From positions 68,636,001 through 68,700,000 of the forward strand of contig NC_087436.1 in assembly GCF_036321535.1 (NCBI RefSeq): a DNA stretch of 64,000 nucleotides. Direction: 5' to 3'. The notes beneath the pieces were generated by a model. The model was given only the letters and a program-made list of their open reading frames with translations. It was not told the origin of the DNA and made no database searches. This stretch comes from Camelus dromedarius (lineage: Eukaryota). This document shows, piece by piece, positions 26,935 to 39,915 of the stretch (the stretch's first letter is position 1; each line of letters begins with the position of its first letter). The position numbers and the translations under genes are program-made.

Positions 26935-28715
26935 TATCAGGAGGATTCATGTTTTCTGGGGCCTGATTTTTTACAATTTTGAAGGCTCTCTATAATACAT
27001 AATTGGGTATAAAAAATATTTTGTTAGAATGAAAAAAGAAATCACATTACATTACAAAAATCTGACAAATACCACAAACATCGCAAAGTCTCCAAAAATA
27101 ATGTAATAATTTTAAGCATTAATTGTTTGACATAACTCTAAGGTACTTCTCCTCCTAAATTATTTTGGCTACATACTCCCTAATAATGTCTTAATGTAAC
27201 AATGTTTCATAATCTAATGTTTTATATAGTGATGATTTTTAAAGTTTTCTTTCAATTTCAAAATTTTTTATCAGTAATGACATTCTAACATTCAGTCTGA
27301 TACAGTGGGATGCATGAAACATATGTCCTTGTTGGCTTTAGTACTGCTATGGTTTTGTGCCCTACAAACACAGAAATTCTGGTATATTGTACATTTCCAG
27401 TCAGAAAGAAAAATAATGTAGGAGTTTATAATTGTATATGCTGCCTTGTTGAGTATATTTCTGAGAGGAGAGAATTTCTATTTTAACTAGGATTTGATGA
27501 GGACCCAATCCTTTTCTTACAATTTTACATGCTAAGTATATTAGTTTTCTACTGCTGCATAATAAATTACGACAAACATAGTGACTGGGAACAACACGCA
27601 TTTATCTCACAGTTTCTGAATGTGTGGAGTCCAGGGATGAGACTGGATGTTGGGCATGAATTCTGCTCAGGGTGTCAGTGAGCTGTAAGTAGGATGTTGG
27701 CCAGGCTGTGTTCTTCTCTGGAGGCTTGACTAAGGAAGAATCCACTTGCAGGCTTATACAGGTTGTTGGCATAATTCATTTCTTTGCATCTGTTATGACT
27801 GACGGCTGCAGCTTCTTACTGGGTGTCCTATGGAGGCTACCCTCAGGTTCTAGAGGTGACCCACAATTCCCTGCCATGTACCCTCTGCAAAGGTAGCTCA
27901 CAACATAGCTGTTTGCTTCTTCAAGGGCAGCAGGAGAATTTCTGGCTCCAATCAGCCAAGATGGAGTCTTACATAATAAAATATAAGTCACGGGAGTGAC
28001 ATCCCATCGCCTTTGCCTTATTATGTAACTTAATCAAAGAATTGGCTTCCCATTATCTTTGCCATAGGAAAAGCATGGTTGGAAGCAAGTCACATGTTCC
28101 GTCTTGCTCATAGAGGGGATTATATATGGGTGTGACTTACTGGGAATCACTTCAGGGTATATATGCTAAGAAATGAAAGAGTTCCCATAGACAAGCTTCT
28201 GTACATTTTATACTCCGATTTCCCCTCCACTACCCATGTAGTTCTGTGGCCATAAGGCTAGACTCATCTATATCATGATGTGACCTCTGGCCCTGCACTT
28301 TCCTGTCACTGTGCCAGGTGAGTCAGTATAGGAGTAACAGTATTTTATCTGGTACTATGCTTAGAAGCTTACTGTCCTGGTTAGCAGTGATTTAACCACG
28401 CATAAAAGTGACCAAGAACCACTTAGTATCCCTCTAGATTCAACGTAAATATATCCCTAATTCAAGTTCCCCTTGACCGGATCCCAGAGGTATCCTTGGC
28501 CGTTCCAACACTACCTCATCTGAGCGGGGAAGTGTGGCAGAGGGCAAGTAAAAGTGGAAAGAGCTAGTCTTAACTAACTGCAATTATAATATCCTATTTT
28601 GTGAGTTTTGTAAAAACATAACCAGTGAAGACTTCTTTTCCCAGGCCTCGGGAGTGGCGTGAATGAGGAGCTTTGAAGTTGAGTTTTCTTAGCTCTGTGA
28701 GAAATCCCCTCCAGG
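26935..28715. mobile_element. Old hAT-type DNA transposon interrupted by an MLT1 LTR (about 27535-28150, minus)
   Basis: 5' end 'ggattcatgttttctggggcctga..tacaattttg' resembles hAT-Tip100 ends. The inner segment starts 'tattagttttctactgctgcataataaattac...catttatctcacagtttctg', typical of a reversed MLT1. Confidence 0.5.
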
Positions 28716-31700
28716 TTGCCACGTGTTTAATTATTAACTTATTTGACAACTACTCTCTGGATCTGAAGTGCTAGTTAGAATTTTAAAAATCTATGCAAAT
28801 TTCTTACCCAATGGACTAATCATAAAAATGGACAAACAAAAAACAGAGAACAAGAATTCTCAAGAAAGTCAGTAATTGGGCCTAAACTATACTATGCCCT
28901 CTCTGCATCAGATGAAGATTCCAACCACTAGAGTTTTACAGTGTTCGGATTTAGACTGTGAAAAACAATAAAATCGGTTCCTTTCTCTGAGGGATACACT
29001 TTTTGTGCAATTTACTGTGTTCCAAGAACTGATCTGGTTATTATGCTTTGTATTTAAATTGTGTGCTATTTAAACTCTGTGGTCTACATAGTCTTAATTT
29101 TATTTTGGTTATGGCAGGTACTGCTGGCTTCTGACCCTCAAAACATTCCCTTAGGCTCTCACAAAAAAGAAAAAAAGAGAGAAAAAAAGAACTTTTATAT
29201 TTATTCATATATATGTGTATATAGTTATTTATTTATCTTTATTAAAAATTTTTTTTTGTTACCTGGTGAATTAAATGTTCAGGAAAATTGAGTGCTGCTC
29301 TCCAGAAGATAAAACATACCCTTAAGGTATTTGGGGTAATCCCTTTATCCTTTGCTAGTGATTAGTTTATGAGTGGTCATGTGCTCCAATTGTAGCCCAG
29401 TTTCAGAGGAAGTGCTGAGGGGTCTGGGAAAGAGAGATGCAGGGTGAGAAGCCACCTTTTCCTTCTGCCTTTGAGACTTCTCGTTGGTGACAACTAACTT
29501 CTAATCACTAAAATAAAGCCTAGTGGAAGCAGAGAAAATGACTCAAAGCTCTGAATTAACCAACTCTGCATGCTTACTTCTGGAATTCCTATAACATAAA
29601 AACATGCTACCTCTAGTCTGTCATTTCTATTAATTACAGCAGAAAGCATTCTAACAGAAACAGTGATGCAAAAAATAAAACTCATACAAACATACACATA
29701 CATATAATATTTATTGTACTTTTCTCTCATTATGAAAGTAATATATGTTCATTTTGGAAATTTGGAATACAGGTATTCACAAAAAAGAAAATGAAAAAAA
29801 AAACACTCAGATAACTATATCAACACTTTTTGCATATATTCTACTGTTCCTATGCATGCACTTTATATATTATGTAATTTTAAAAATTAGACTAATTGTT
29901 TTAAACCTAATTTTTAAACTTAATAACCATAAGAATTAAATTGAAGATTTAACTCAATTAATCTTAATTAAAGATTAAATTGAACCTTATTTTATTTAGC
30001 ATCTTATGGACACAAATATAGTAATTAGACAAGTTTAAGGAATTGGTTAAACATTTGAAACTAGGCTAAAAGTAAAATAGATAAAATTCTAAATATATTT
30101 TAAATGCTCACAAATATCATTTTATGACTACCAAGTAAGTTCTGAGACCAGGACAGTTAAAAAAATTCCTAATATATTTACACTGATTTAAGCTTCTTGG
30201 AAAATAATGTTTGTGGTACCCCAGTAGTTTTGTTTGTTTGTTTATTTGTTTTAAGCTATGATATCTGTCTTTTGTAGGCTGAAGTTGAATTTGTGCAATC
30301 TTTGTTTAATTCATTGTTGCTTGTCTATGTCATTTATTACTAAGTTGAATTGTAAGAGGAAATCCATTTTTTGACCACTTTTATATGCTAAATAGAGGAG
30401 GCAGCCACAATAGAATATTAATTATCTGATATATCCTTTTTTACAAGGAATCCTCATCTTTTATTATGATGGGAAAAGAGCAAATGACTATAATATCAAA
30501 TATTAAGTGCCCTCTTTTGAGTTGCATATTTTTAACTTAAAATTCACACATATGTTTTGGATTATGAATTTTGGTTTAAATTCATTTCCATGTTATAATT
30601 TATGGGTCACAATATTTGTATAATATACCTATTACTGCAAAGATTTTCATTACATATTGAGCCTTGAGAGAGTTTCTAAGTTTGAAAATGGTGAGTAATC
30701 CAGTTTCAATATTAATATTTTAATGTATATATAAATAAATGAATACACTGATACTTTTTAATTCTCATAAACTTCTTTGTAAATATAAAAATCAATTGGG
30801 AATTCTTAACCTGTTTTGTGACATGAGCTCCTTTGGCAGTCTGTTTTGGCCTAAAAACCTCTCTCAGGTTAATGTTTTTAAGCATATAAATAATATAAAT
30901 AGGAATAAAAGAAAAGCACTTGCATTGAAATACTGTTTTCTATATGGATCACGGGTGAAAATCCCCTGCATCAAGATTTTGAATAGCCCTTTAGTTAATG
31001 TATTAAAAATGCCTGAGAACATGTCTAAGTAAAACGTATCTTGAACATATAAAATCCAAGCTGACATGTATTCATTAAACGTATATTTACTAAAGCCCTT
31101 GGATTGTATCTTGTATATTTTTGCCTTTAAATCCATATATAAGAATTGTTACTAGTTAGGAGTAAGTATATGTATGATAAAGATATGTGGAGAAGATTGG
31201 TTTTCTTATTTATATTCCTGTGTCATCTAGCAGAACTAGCATACACACCTTTAAATTTAACTTTAAGCATTTTAGCATATTACAGATTTTGAGTCTTGCT
31301 CAACTTAACTGTAGATTGGGGCATAGATTGGTTAATTAAATGTATGAGTTTAGTGAAAAAGACGATATGAATGAAAGAATAGAAGGAAGGAGTTCAACGG
31401 TGATAGAAATAGAACCAATGGAGACAGAATTGGAAACTAATCTAGGATGTGGAAAAAAAAACAAAACACAACACTAGAAAACTGGAAGTATGAGAAAAGA
31501 AAAGTAAAGAAAGGAAAGACCTACTATTAGTCTAATTAGTAACTTACTTTCCACAGTTCCACATGGCCTGGAATATGTGGAAATTACATTTCATCTTTTG
31601 TGTGGTACTTCATATCTCATGTGAATATAATAGTATTTTACCTATTTTTTAAAAAAAGTTATAAACAGTGGTTGAATTTCTTGTAAGTCCCTTATGAGAC

Positions 31701-32921
31701 TTTCTCATTTAATGGATATTTTAGAACCCTTTCACCCTAACCCCCTTTCCATGTGATGGCTTGAAACAGAGGCCTGAATTAAAAGAGATACTGTGTCGAT
31801 GTTTTGTGGAAACCATGTCACTAAATGTAAATATCAACAGGTGTTAGTTACACACTTATAGAGAACTTGTCTTTTCCTCTTTCTAATATTCTTCTGTTTC
31901 TTTTGACTCCTATATATTAAAACTGTGGTTTTCAGAGTTCATTTTACATATCAAATAAATTTTTGCTTGTGCATTTGCTTGATTTCTTATTTACCTTTTT
32001 AGAGATTCGTAGATTATGGATTTAGGAAGATCAGAAGATAGAAGAAAAATCCCTCATATTAAAAAAAAGAGTATATTATGTATAAAACATAATCAGTATA
32101 GGTCTTTTCTTGATTGTATTTTAAAACAATGTCTTTATTACTACACTTAATTACCACAGATTCCATAGACTCCACAGCCAAGAGGTGTGTTCTGACCCCC
32201 TGTCCAAATGCAGACCCCTCTAAGGCTCCCTTTTACATGGCAGCCCTTCACAGCCTGTACCATGTAAACAAGGGGATGAAGGAGAACTATTTGTGAGTCT
32301 TGCCAGGTTGGAGGAGTGGATGGCAGGTTGGTTGCTGAATACTCCAAACATCAGAATGCTTTTGAAGCCAAAGGAAAAATTAGATTCATTGCATTTTTTT
32401 TTTTTTAATCACAGGAGGGAAAACTGATCATATGGGCAGGGGAAATACTATTCCTGTGGTCTACATATTATCTTAGCGTAAGATTGTAATTGCTGCTAAA
32501 CCCCCTTGGAGAAAAACTCCCCTGTAGTGCTGAGGTTAGGACTGTGTTGTGTTTTCTCAGCCTTACTTTTTGGCCTCTCTTTGAAAACAGCCATGGCAGT
32601 TTTAAACACTGATATATTATTATAAAAGAAGAAAGTGATTAAAAAAAAAAACCCACATAATGGGTTATGGGAGCTCAGAAAGCAGAGGTTAATTCAGAAT
32701 CTTATGATTAAGGGGAAATATTTCATTATTTTTCCTGAAAATTTTTTCCCTTGTTAAATCTCTAACAATGTGATTTCTAAAAGAATGTGGATAGTAATAT
32801 AACCTGAAACTCTGCTTCTTTTATATGTAAATGTACTGCAATATGCTTTGTGTTGATCATTCCCCAAAGGTGAAATTCATTATCTTGCTCTCTTTACATG
32901 ATTTCCTATGTAGTCTGACAG

Positions 32922-33166
32922 TTACAGAGAGAAATAGCCATATATAAGTGGGTCAAAGCACGGATTTAAAAAAGCCAGGAGAAAGAAGAAGTGATTTACT
33001 GGGTCTGACACCCTGTTTACCATTTCAGGATCAAACCAATACCAAATTCCTAGGACGTAGTAGGGAGTCCAGCAAACGGTAAATGAAGTGGCAAATGCAA
33101 CCGTCATCTTTAGGGTCTTCAGCCGAGCTCGTGGTACATTGTTCTTGGATTGATTCAGTTGTAGTC
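32922..33166 (-). CDS. GNRHR: GNRHR coding exon 3 (ICL3-TM7, stop)
   Basis: Acceptor ctccatctaaaag|, 245 nt encoding (R)LQLNQSKNNVPRARLKTLKMTVAFATSF...DPLIYGYFSL*. Total CDS is 987 nt = 328 aa with no C-terminal tail, as in mammalian type I receptors. Confidence 0.98.
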
Positions 33167-34492
33167 CTTTTAGATGGAGAAAAGAGGAGGTGTTAAGTGA
33201 CTGGTTTTATTACAAAGCCAAAATAGACAAAATAGGAAGACAAAATCACTAATTCAACCTAATGAATACAATGGAAGCAAATTTCTAGTATTTTTAATAA
33301 TGATAATTTGAAAAGCATGTTTATATTTCAAGATTTCTACTATGTTACATAATAAGTGGAAACTACTAAAGGTAGTAATGCTCTTAAAATTAAATTTCCA
33401 CTAAACTAATACAGATTTGAAATATGAGGTTACTCAAATTCTTAAATAAATTATATAAATTTGAGAGAGCAGACTGAGGTTGAGCTGGGTTGAATTCCCT
33501 ATCTTTTGGTTGTCAAGCCAACAGAACCACGTATGCTTTATAAATTTTCCTTTTTGAGAATGTACCAGATTCTTGAAAAAAAGAAGGCACAATCACGTCT
33601 GTGAAGTTAAAAATGAAATAGTCAATGACATTCAATAATATTTCCCACACCCAACACACATACACACACACACACAAGTGTGCAGTGTGTGGATACTATG
33701 TGCATCAAGTGCTCTAAGGCCTGTATTCACAAATGTACGTGGGCAAAAATTGACTTCTTCAAGGTGCTGAACTGTGCATGCCCAGATGCCAAGAAAAAAA
33801 AAAAAAAACAATCACGGGGAAGACATTTTCATCCTGCTAACTCTTGGGAACAGGAAGAAGCAGCAGCTGGCAGCTGAAGGCTGGAACACTTGCTACTGGA
33901 TAATCGTAGCTTCTAATGTTGCACCCCTTCAGGTTCTTAAGGGATTCTCAGTTTTGGTTCCCTTTTGTACATGTTTGGAAAATAATCTGCAAAAACAAGC
34001 TGTGCTTGTGAGGACTCAATGGTTCTCAAGAATTTTTTTAAAAAGGAAAAAAAAAGAATTAAAAAAAATCCACATTGTGTGGATACAGGGGATTTGAATG
34101 TGAAACAGAACAGCTTAACTTTAACAAGTCTGTTGACTACCATTTAACGAGTTGTACTTTGCTATATTCTAGATATCAGGTGTTTGCTGTAGTGTTGCGA
34201 TGGCCCAGTGGGAACAATTTGCCAATGCTTACACTGCCTAAATGGAATAAATGTCCTTTCATCTTTAATTCCATGGTATAAATTTTAGAATATTAGAAGA
34301 TACTAAATTTTCTCCTCTGTAAATTGGGGATAATAAAAGTATTGCCTTATGGGGGTGATTGTGAATATTAAATGGGTTAATATAGGTAAACTGCTTAGAA
34401 CAATGTCTGGCACATAGTAAGTACTACTCTGCTTTGAGTTGCTTTAGAAAGCTGTTTACCCACAGTTAACAGCTAGTCTAAGGAATACATAC

Positions 34493-34712
34493 TGTGGGGA
34501 TCCTGATGAAGGACGCTTGTCAGGGTGAAGATGATTTTTGCATTGCAGACCAACATGATGAGAAGAGGGATGATGAAGAGGCAGCTGAAGGTGAAAAAGT
34601 TATAAAAGGCTTCATGCCACCATTGTGGAAAACTGCAGTGTGTTACACATTGAGAGAAACCGTCTGTCTGTCCAGAGCTGTCTGCTAAATGGATCATCCT
34701 GAAGATATATAA
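34493..34712 (-). CDS. GNRHR: GNRHR coding exon 2 (ECL2-TM5)
   Basis: Acceptor tcatacag|, 220 nt encoding LYIFRMIHLADSSGQTDGFSQCVTHCSFPQWWHEAFYNFF...HQDPH, donor A|gtatgt. Confidence 0.98.
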
Positions 34713-35149
34713 CTGTATGAGAAAATTTTAAAAAAAATTTAAAAAGGGAGATTGCTTATTTTCAAACAGCATTTGAAAGTTTTCTTGAAAGTTTTCTCCT
34801 CTGTGTTCTGCTAGCCTTCTAACATTACCCAAAGCAACTTCTAAGCTTCTTGAAAATAACCTTTTGGCATCTCTGCAAAAAGTTTTAAGTGGATCTTTAC
34901 TTAAAATGTGTTTGGGTAATGTGAATGGATCTGTAGGATTTTGAATTTCTTTGGAAATTATTTCAAACTTGCAGAACAGGCATCAAACAAAGATTTAAAC
35001 CTTGTTTGTATTTCCATATCAGATGCAATTATGCTGAGGAAAATTTTCACAAATGATTTTGTGATTTCATTGTTTTATCTATGGCACATAAAACTGTGTC
35101 TGACATTTAGGATGTGCCCTCAAAGTACATATTTTTTTAAACTTTATTT

Positions 35150-36980
35150 TTGAGACATAAAACCCCATTAAAAAGGTCAAAAGACATGAACAGACAGTTC
35201 ACAAAGAAAAGATATAACAGTGGCCCTTAAGCATATGATGTTCAACCTCACTCATTATAAGAGTGATGCCAACCAATTAAGGCTACACTGATATGCTATT
35301 TTTTACTATCAAAATTAGCAAATTAAAAAACAAAACAGCACACTCTCATGGCAAGGTTGTGGGGAAACATGGACTCTCATTCATTGCTAATGGGAATGCA
35401 AATTGGTAAACCATTAAGAGGGGTAATTTAGCAATAACTTGACAATAACAAACTAACGAATGCATTTATCTTTGACCTAGCAATCTGACATTCAAGGATT
35501 TACCCTGAAGATACACCCCTGCCTCTATTATATGAAAACAGGTATGCACAGGATTATTCATTGATGCATTATTTGTAATTGAAAAACATTGAAAATAATC
35601 TACATATAAATTAATGAGACAGTAGCAGAATAAACTGTGGTAGACCACACCATATACTGCTATACAGCTGTAAAAAGAGCAAGGAAAATCTCTATGTGTG
35701 AGAGTGTGTGTGTGTGTGTATACATGTACATATATTTATTTTCCAGCTCTGTCTGCAGAGAGAGCCTAGGAACAATGACAACCCAGTAGCAATGAGCACA
35801 CCCAGCACTCTAATACCCAGGTTTTGTTTTCCAAACATCCTTCTCTACCAAAAGGAACTCATTGGAATAGTAGGTGGTCCTACAGCAAGGGCAAGCAAAG
35901 TACAACATGTGCCTGGAACAGTTTGTTATGCCAAAAAGTCAGGAAATGCCCAAAGAGTAATGGAGCATGTGAAAAGAGTTCAGGAGCCAGTTTGAAAGAG
36001 CTCCCATTGGCCAAATCTGGGACAGTTTAAGCATGAAAAACAAAACCAAACTCTGATAGAAGAGAGTGATAAGCTACTGAATAAAGAAAGAATCCGTGAC
36101 TCCATGCTGATACAAATTACAAAACATCAATAAATGGGGAGAGGAAAAAGCTCTTTGTTGCTATTGAAAGTCAACTAACCAATCTAAAAGATATAATGGA
36201 AGTAGTGATTACCATTTCTTAATCACGATAACAATAATTGATTCAGGCAAGAGTCATCAATAGATGGTAAAAATATGGGTATAAATTTGAGGAGAATAGT
36301 TTATTTACATCACCTCAAAGTATCTACCTGCAGGATATTTATGACTCTAAAGAATAAAATAATAACTTTACAGTAGAGAAATAACCTAATAATTAAATTA
36401 ACATTGCCAGTAATGGAACCAATCGGCAGTTTTTGCTTCTTTATATAATGCATTGAGAATTCAGCATCACCTCTTTAGTGTTTCTGCCGAAACTAGCCAT
36501 GAAAAAACATCAGACAAACTCAAATTTAGGGGCATTCTACAGAATAACTGACCTGAACTCTTCAAAAATGTCAATGTCATGAAACACAAAGATGGACCAA
36601 GGAACAATTGCAGTTTAAAGCAGACTGAATCGACAGCATAATGCTGGATTTTCTTTTGTTAAAAGGGACATTATTGATATGACTGGTGAGATATGAATAA
36701 GGTATGTAGATTAAATAATAGTACTGTATTAGTGCTAATTTCCTGATTTTGGTACTTAACTGTGGTTATGTGCTAGAAAGAACACACTGAGGTATTGAAA
36801 GGGGAATCATGTCTGAACTTATTTTTCAACAATCCAGAAAAAATACACATAAAACATAATAAAGTGAATAAGCAAATGTGATAAAATGTTAATATTCAGG
36901 GAAACTGAGAGAAAGATATCCTAGAAATCTTTGTAAGATTCTTGCAGCCTTTCTCTAAGGGTGAAATCATGTTAAAAAAA
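35150..36980 (+). mobile_element. Old L1M ORF2 end / 3' UTR fragments in GNRHR intron 1
   Basis: 'aaagacatgaacagacagttcaca...gacctagcaat...aacatcagacaaactcaaatt.aggggcattctacag' are L1M-like. Confidence 0.65.
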
Positions 36981-37503
36981 AAAAGAACAAATTGGGTCAA
37001 CTGCTACGGAAACATTGCAAGTAGTTTTCAAAAACAAGGTCTAGTGGACATTTATTTATTCCTTCCCCATTGGTCAAGCATTCTTCTTTCCTTGTCCTTT
37101 CCAAGGTTTTCTACTGAAAAACCTCATTTACCATGAAATATTATTAAAATGAAAAGATAAGAGTGCCCAAGCACCAATTAACCCGTAGCAAGTTAATTCA
37201 AAGACAAGTGTTACAGGATTTTAAAATTTTTAAGCAAATGCAGGAAATAGTTAGTTTTTTAAGTTTTTGATTGTATTAGTAAATTTAAATGGCATTTAAT
37301 TAATTTAATAAGCCCAGAATTTCTTTCCTTTTTGGGGTGATGGAGTAAGAGTAGAGCGTGCCTTTAAAAAAGTACTGTTTTTCCTTTCTTTGCTTGTAGA
37401 GTGGAAAAAAATTAATGAAGTATAATATATAAATATAATAAAATAAACACAAATGTAATAGAATATAAGTAAATATAGTATAAAGTGTAATTATATTTCT
37501 TTT

Positions 37504-37651
37504 CTTTTTGGGGGGTGTTTGGGGAGGGAGGGAGGTAGATTTATTTATTTTTAAAATTTATTTATTTATTTTTAGTGGAGGTACTGGGGATTGAACCCAG
37601 GACCTTGTGCATACTAAGCATGCACTCTACCATTGAGCTATACCCTCCCCC
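37504..37651 (-). mobile_element. tRNA-derived SINE, camelid Vic-1-like
   Basis: Reverse strand GGGGGAGGGTATAGCTCAATGGTAGAGTGCATGCTTAGTATGCACAAGGTCCTGGGTTCAATCCCCAGTACCTCC contains A/B boxes, followed by a TAAA-rich tail; flanked by direct repeat tatttctttt. Confidence 0.8.
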
Positions 37652-39529
37652 TTATTTCTTTTATTTGTAATTAAAATGTTGATTTTCAGTTTCAGATCTT
37701 TTTTCAGCTTCAAGGGCAAAAAAAAAAAAAAAAAAGAATTTGTAAATCATTCCACTAGAGGGTGCCAAATGATCATATTATCAATCTTAAAGTCAAGAAA
37801 CTCAGACATGCGTTCAGCAAATTCTATTTTATGATCCAGACTAACTTTTTTCACATTACAAAGTGACCTTTTCAGTTTTCCATCCTTCTCTGAAACCTGA
37901 ATTTATTTAAAGTTCAGTTTTGAATTTTACCCAACAGATGATGTGACTTGAAGTCTCTGGAAGGGTTCCTTCACATAGAACCTGAGAATCTTACATTTCT
38001 AAATATCTTTCCTTTTCTCCCCACCACCTGACACAGGCTTGGAACCAGATGACCTGAGTTTGACTTTATGCTTTGCACTGGGTCACATTTTCACTTCAAT
38101 ATTTCATGTTTTTAAGTTATAAATGATGAAACTTTTAATAAAAGTGACTGAAATATAGTACTATGATTCGATTTTGGTTATCATCTTTATTTAACAAATG
38201 CTTATTTTTAAAGCAACTACTTGGTTAAAAAATATACTAGGTGCTTTTTGTTATAAAAGATGAGCAGATATACCTTCTATCAGGGAATTAAATATTTGGT
38301 AGGGGAGATGTAGAATATATGTAACACCTATAATAGATTGGTAACTTCAAAAAGAGAGGTATAGAATAGTGTTATGGAAATTCAGAATCTTACTTGCCCA
38401 TAAACTAATTTATTTTAGCCTTAATTCAGTTTATTTTTCACCTCCAAGGCCATGTTTGTCTCAATGATTACTACAGGGATCCACTTTACTTCCAGTGGCT
38501 TTTTTGTCCTTGGATTATATTTCTTTAATTTCTTTATGTTTCTCTTCTCTCATGCCTGACCCCAGTTCTCATCACCATTTGCTTTATTTTGCCATAAACA
38601 ATAGCAATTCATTTTCTATCTTTACAGTCAATTGCAAATGCTATTCCTTCTTTGCATATTATTTTTAACCCCCACTTTCCCCCACAGTAATGACACCATG
38701 ACCTAATATTTTCCAAGGGTGATTATCTTTAGATGGTGTGCTTCAGGTTTCTCTCATCTGTGAAATGGAGATATTAATAGTATCTCCCTCTAGGGGCTGT
38801 CATGACAATTAAACACAAGTAAATACTTGCAAAGCACTTAGAGTGGTACCTGGCACACAGTTAGCACTATATAAATCATAACCATTATTATAATAAAAAT
38901 TTTGAGGCACATAACTTATAAATATGTATCATATATACTTATTTCTATATTCATACATGTATACCATATATTTTTCCTGATATCCCTTAACTACCTATTT
39001 TCACCTTAAGATTTTCTTGCCTCTTCCTTCTCCAGCTTCCTACAGGAAAAAAGGAAATAGGCACTCTTGCATAGTGGGATGCAGTATAGTGGTTACAAGC
39101 TTTTGGGTAACTGGATGTACTGACACCTTCACTTACCAGATGGTAATCTTGAGCGTTATATAGTATTCTTAACCTTAGTTTCTTCATGAATAAAATAAAG
39201 ACAATAATTGTATCTAAATTATTGTTGGGAGCCTTGCATGAAATAATGAACACAAAAGCATTTAGCACAGTTCCTGGCACATATTTACGTCCTCAATGAC
39301 TATTATTTATCATCATCATCATTATTATTGCTGTATCTGCTACTGGTATGCCATTATTATGTTCCAGTCCCATTCTTGGCATATTGTACACTTGTGATTT
39401 TACTGAATTTAGGCTACTTATCAAGTTCAGAAGTACATTCTAGCTCTGTAAGTTCTGTAACAGGCAAGCCTCCTCATTTCTTCAAACCACACATCTTTAC
39501 ATCAAAGACTAACGGATTTGCTGAGATAC

Positions 39530-39915
39530 AACAAGCCCTCCATATTGGCAGGTTCCACACCTGCAGATTCAATCAACTGCGGATGGGAAAATACTCAGAC
39601 AAAAAATTTTTGGAAGTTCCAAAAAGCAAAACATGAATTTGCCAAGATCCAGTAACTATTTATGTAACATCTACATTGTATTTACAATTATTTACATGCC
39701 ATTTACATTGTATTAGGTATTAAAAGTAATCTAGAGATGATTTAAAGTATACAGGAGGATGTGCATGGATTATATGCAAATACACCACCATTTTATGTAA
39801 GGAACTTGAGCATCTGGGAATTTTGTTATGTGCTGCAGAGGTAGGGGTGGGGGGTGGGATCTTGTTGGGTGTGCTCTGGAACCAATCCCCCAGGATATTG
39901 AGAGATAACTCTATT
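39530..39915. mobile_element. TcMar-Tigger (MER2-like) DNA transposon
   Basis: 'gcagattcaatcaactgcggat...aagtaatctagagatgatttaaagtatac...ggaaccaatccccc.ggatattgag'. Confidence 0.7.

Noticed and set aside
29935..29990. Imperfect AT-only hairpin (caattaatctt...aagattaaattg)
   Set aside because: Expected by chance in very AT-rich DNA; no other support for a structured RNA.
37575..37651. Possible tRNA gene
   Set aside because: The acceptor stem is imperfect, and it has a TAAA-rich tail and flanking direct repeat, so it is a SINE.
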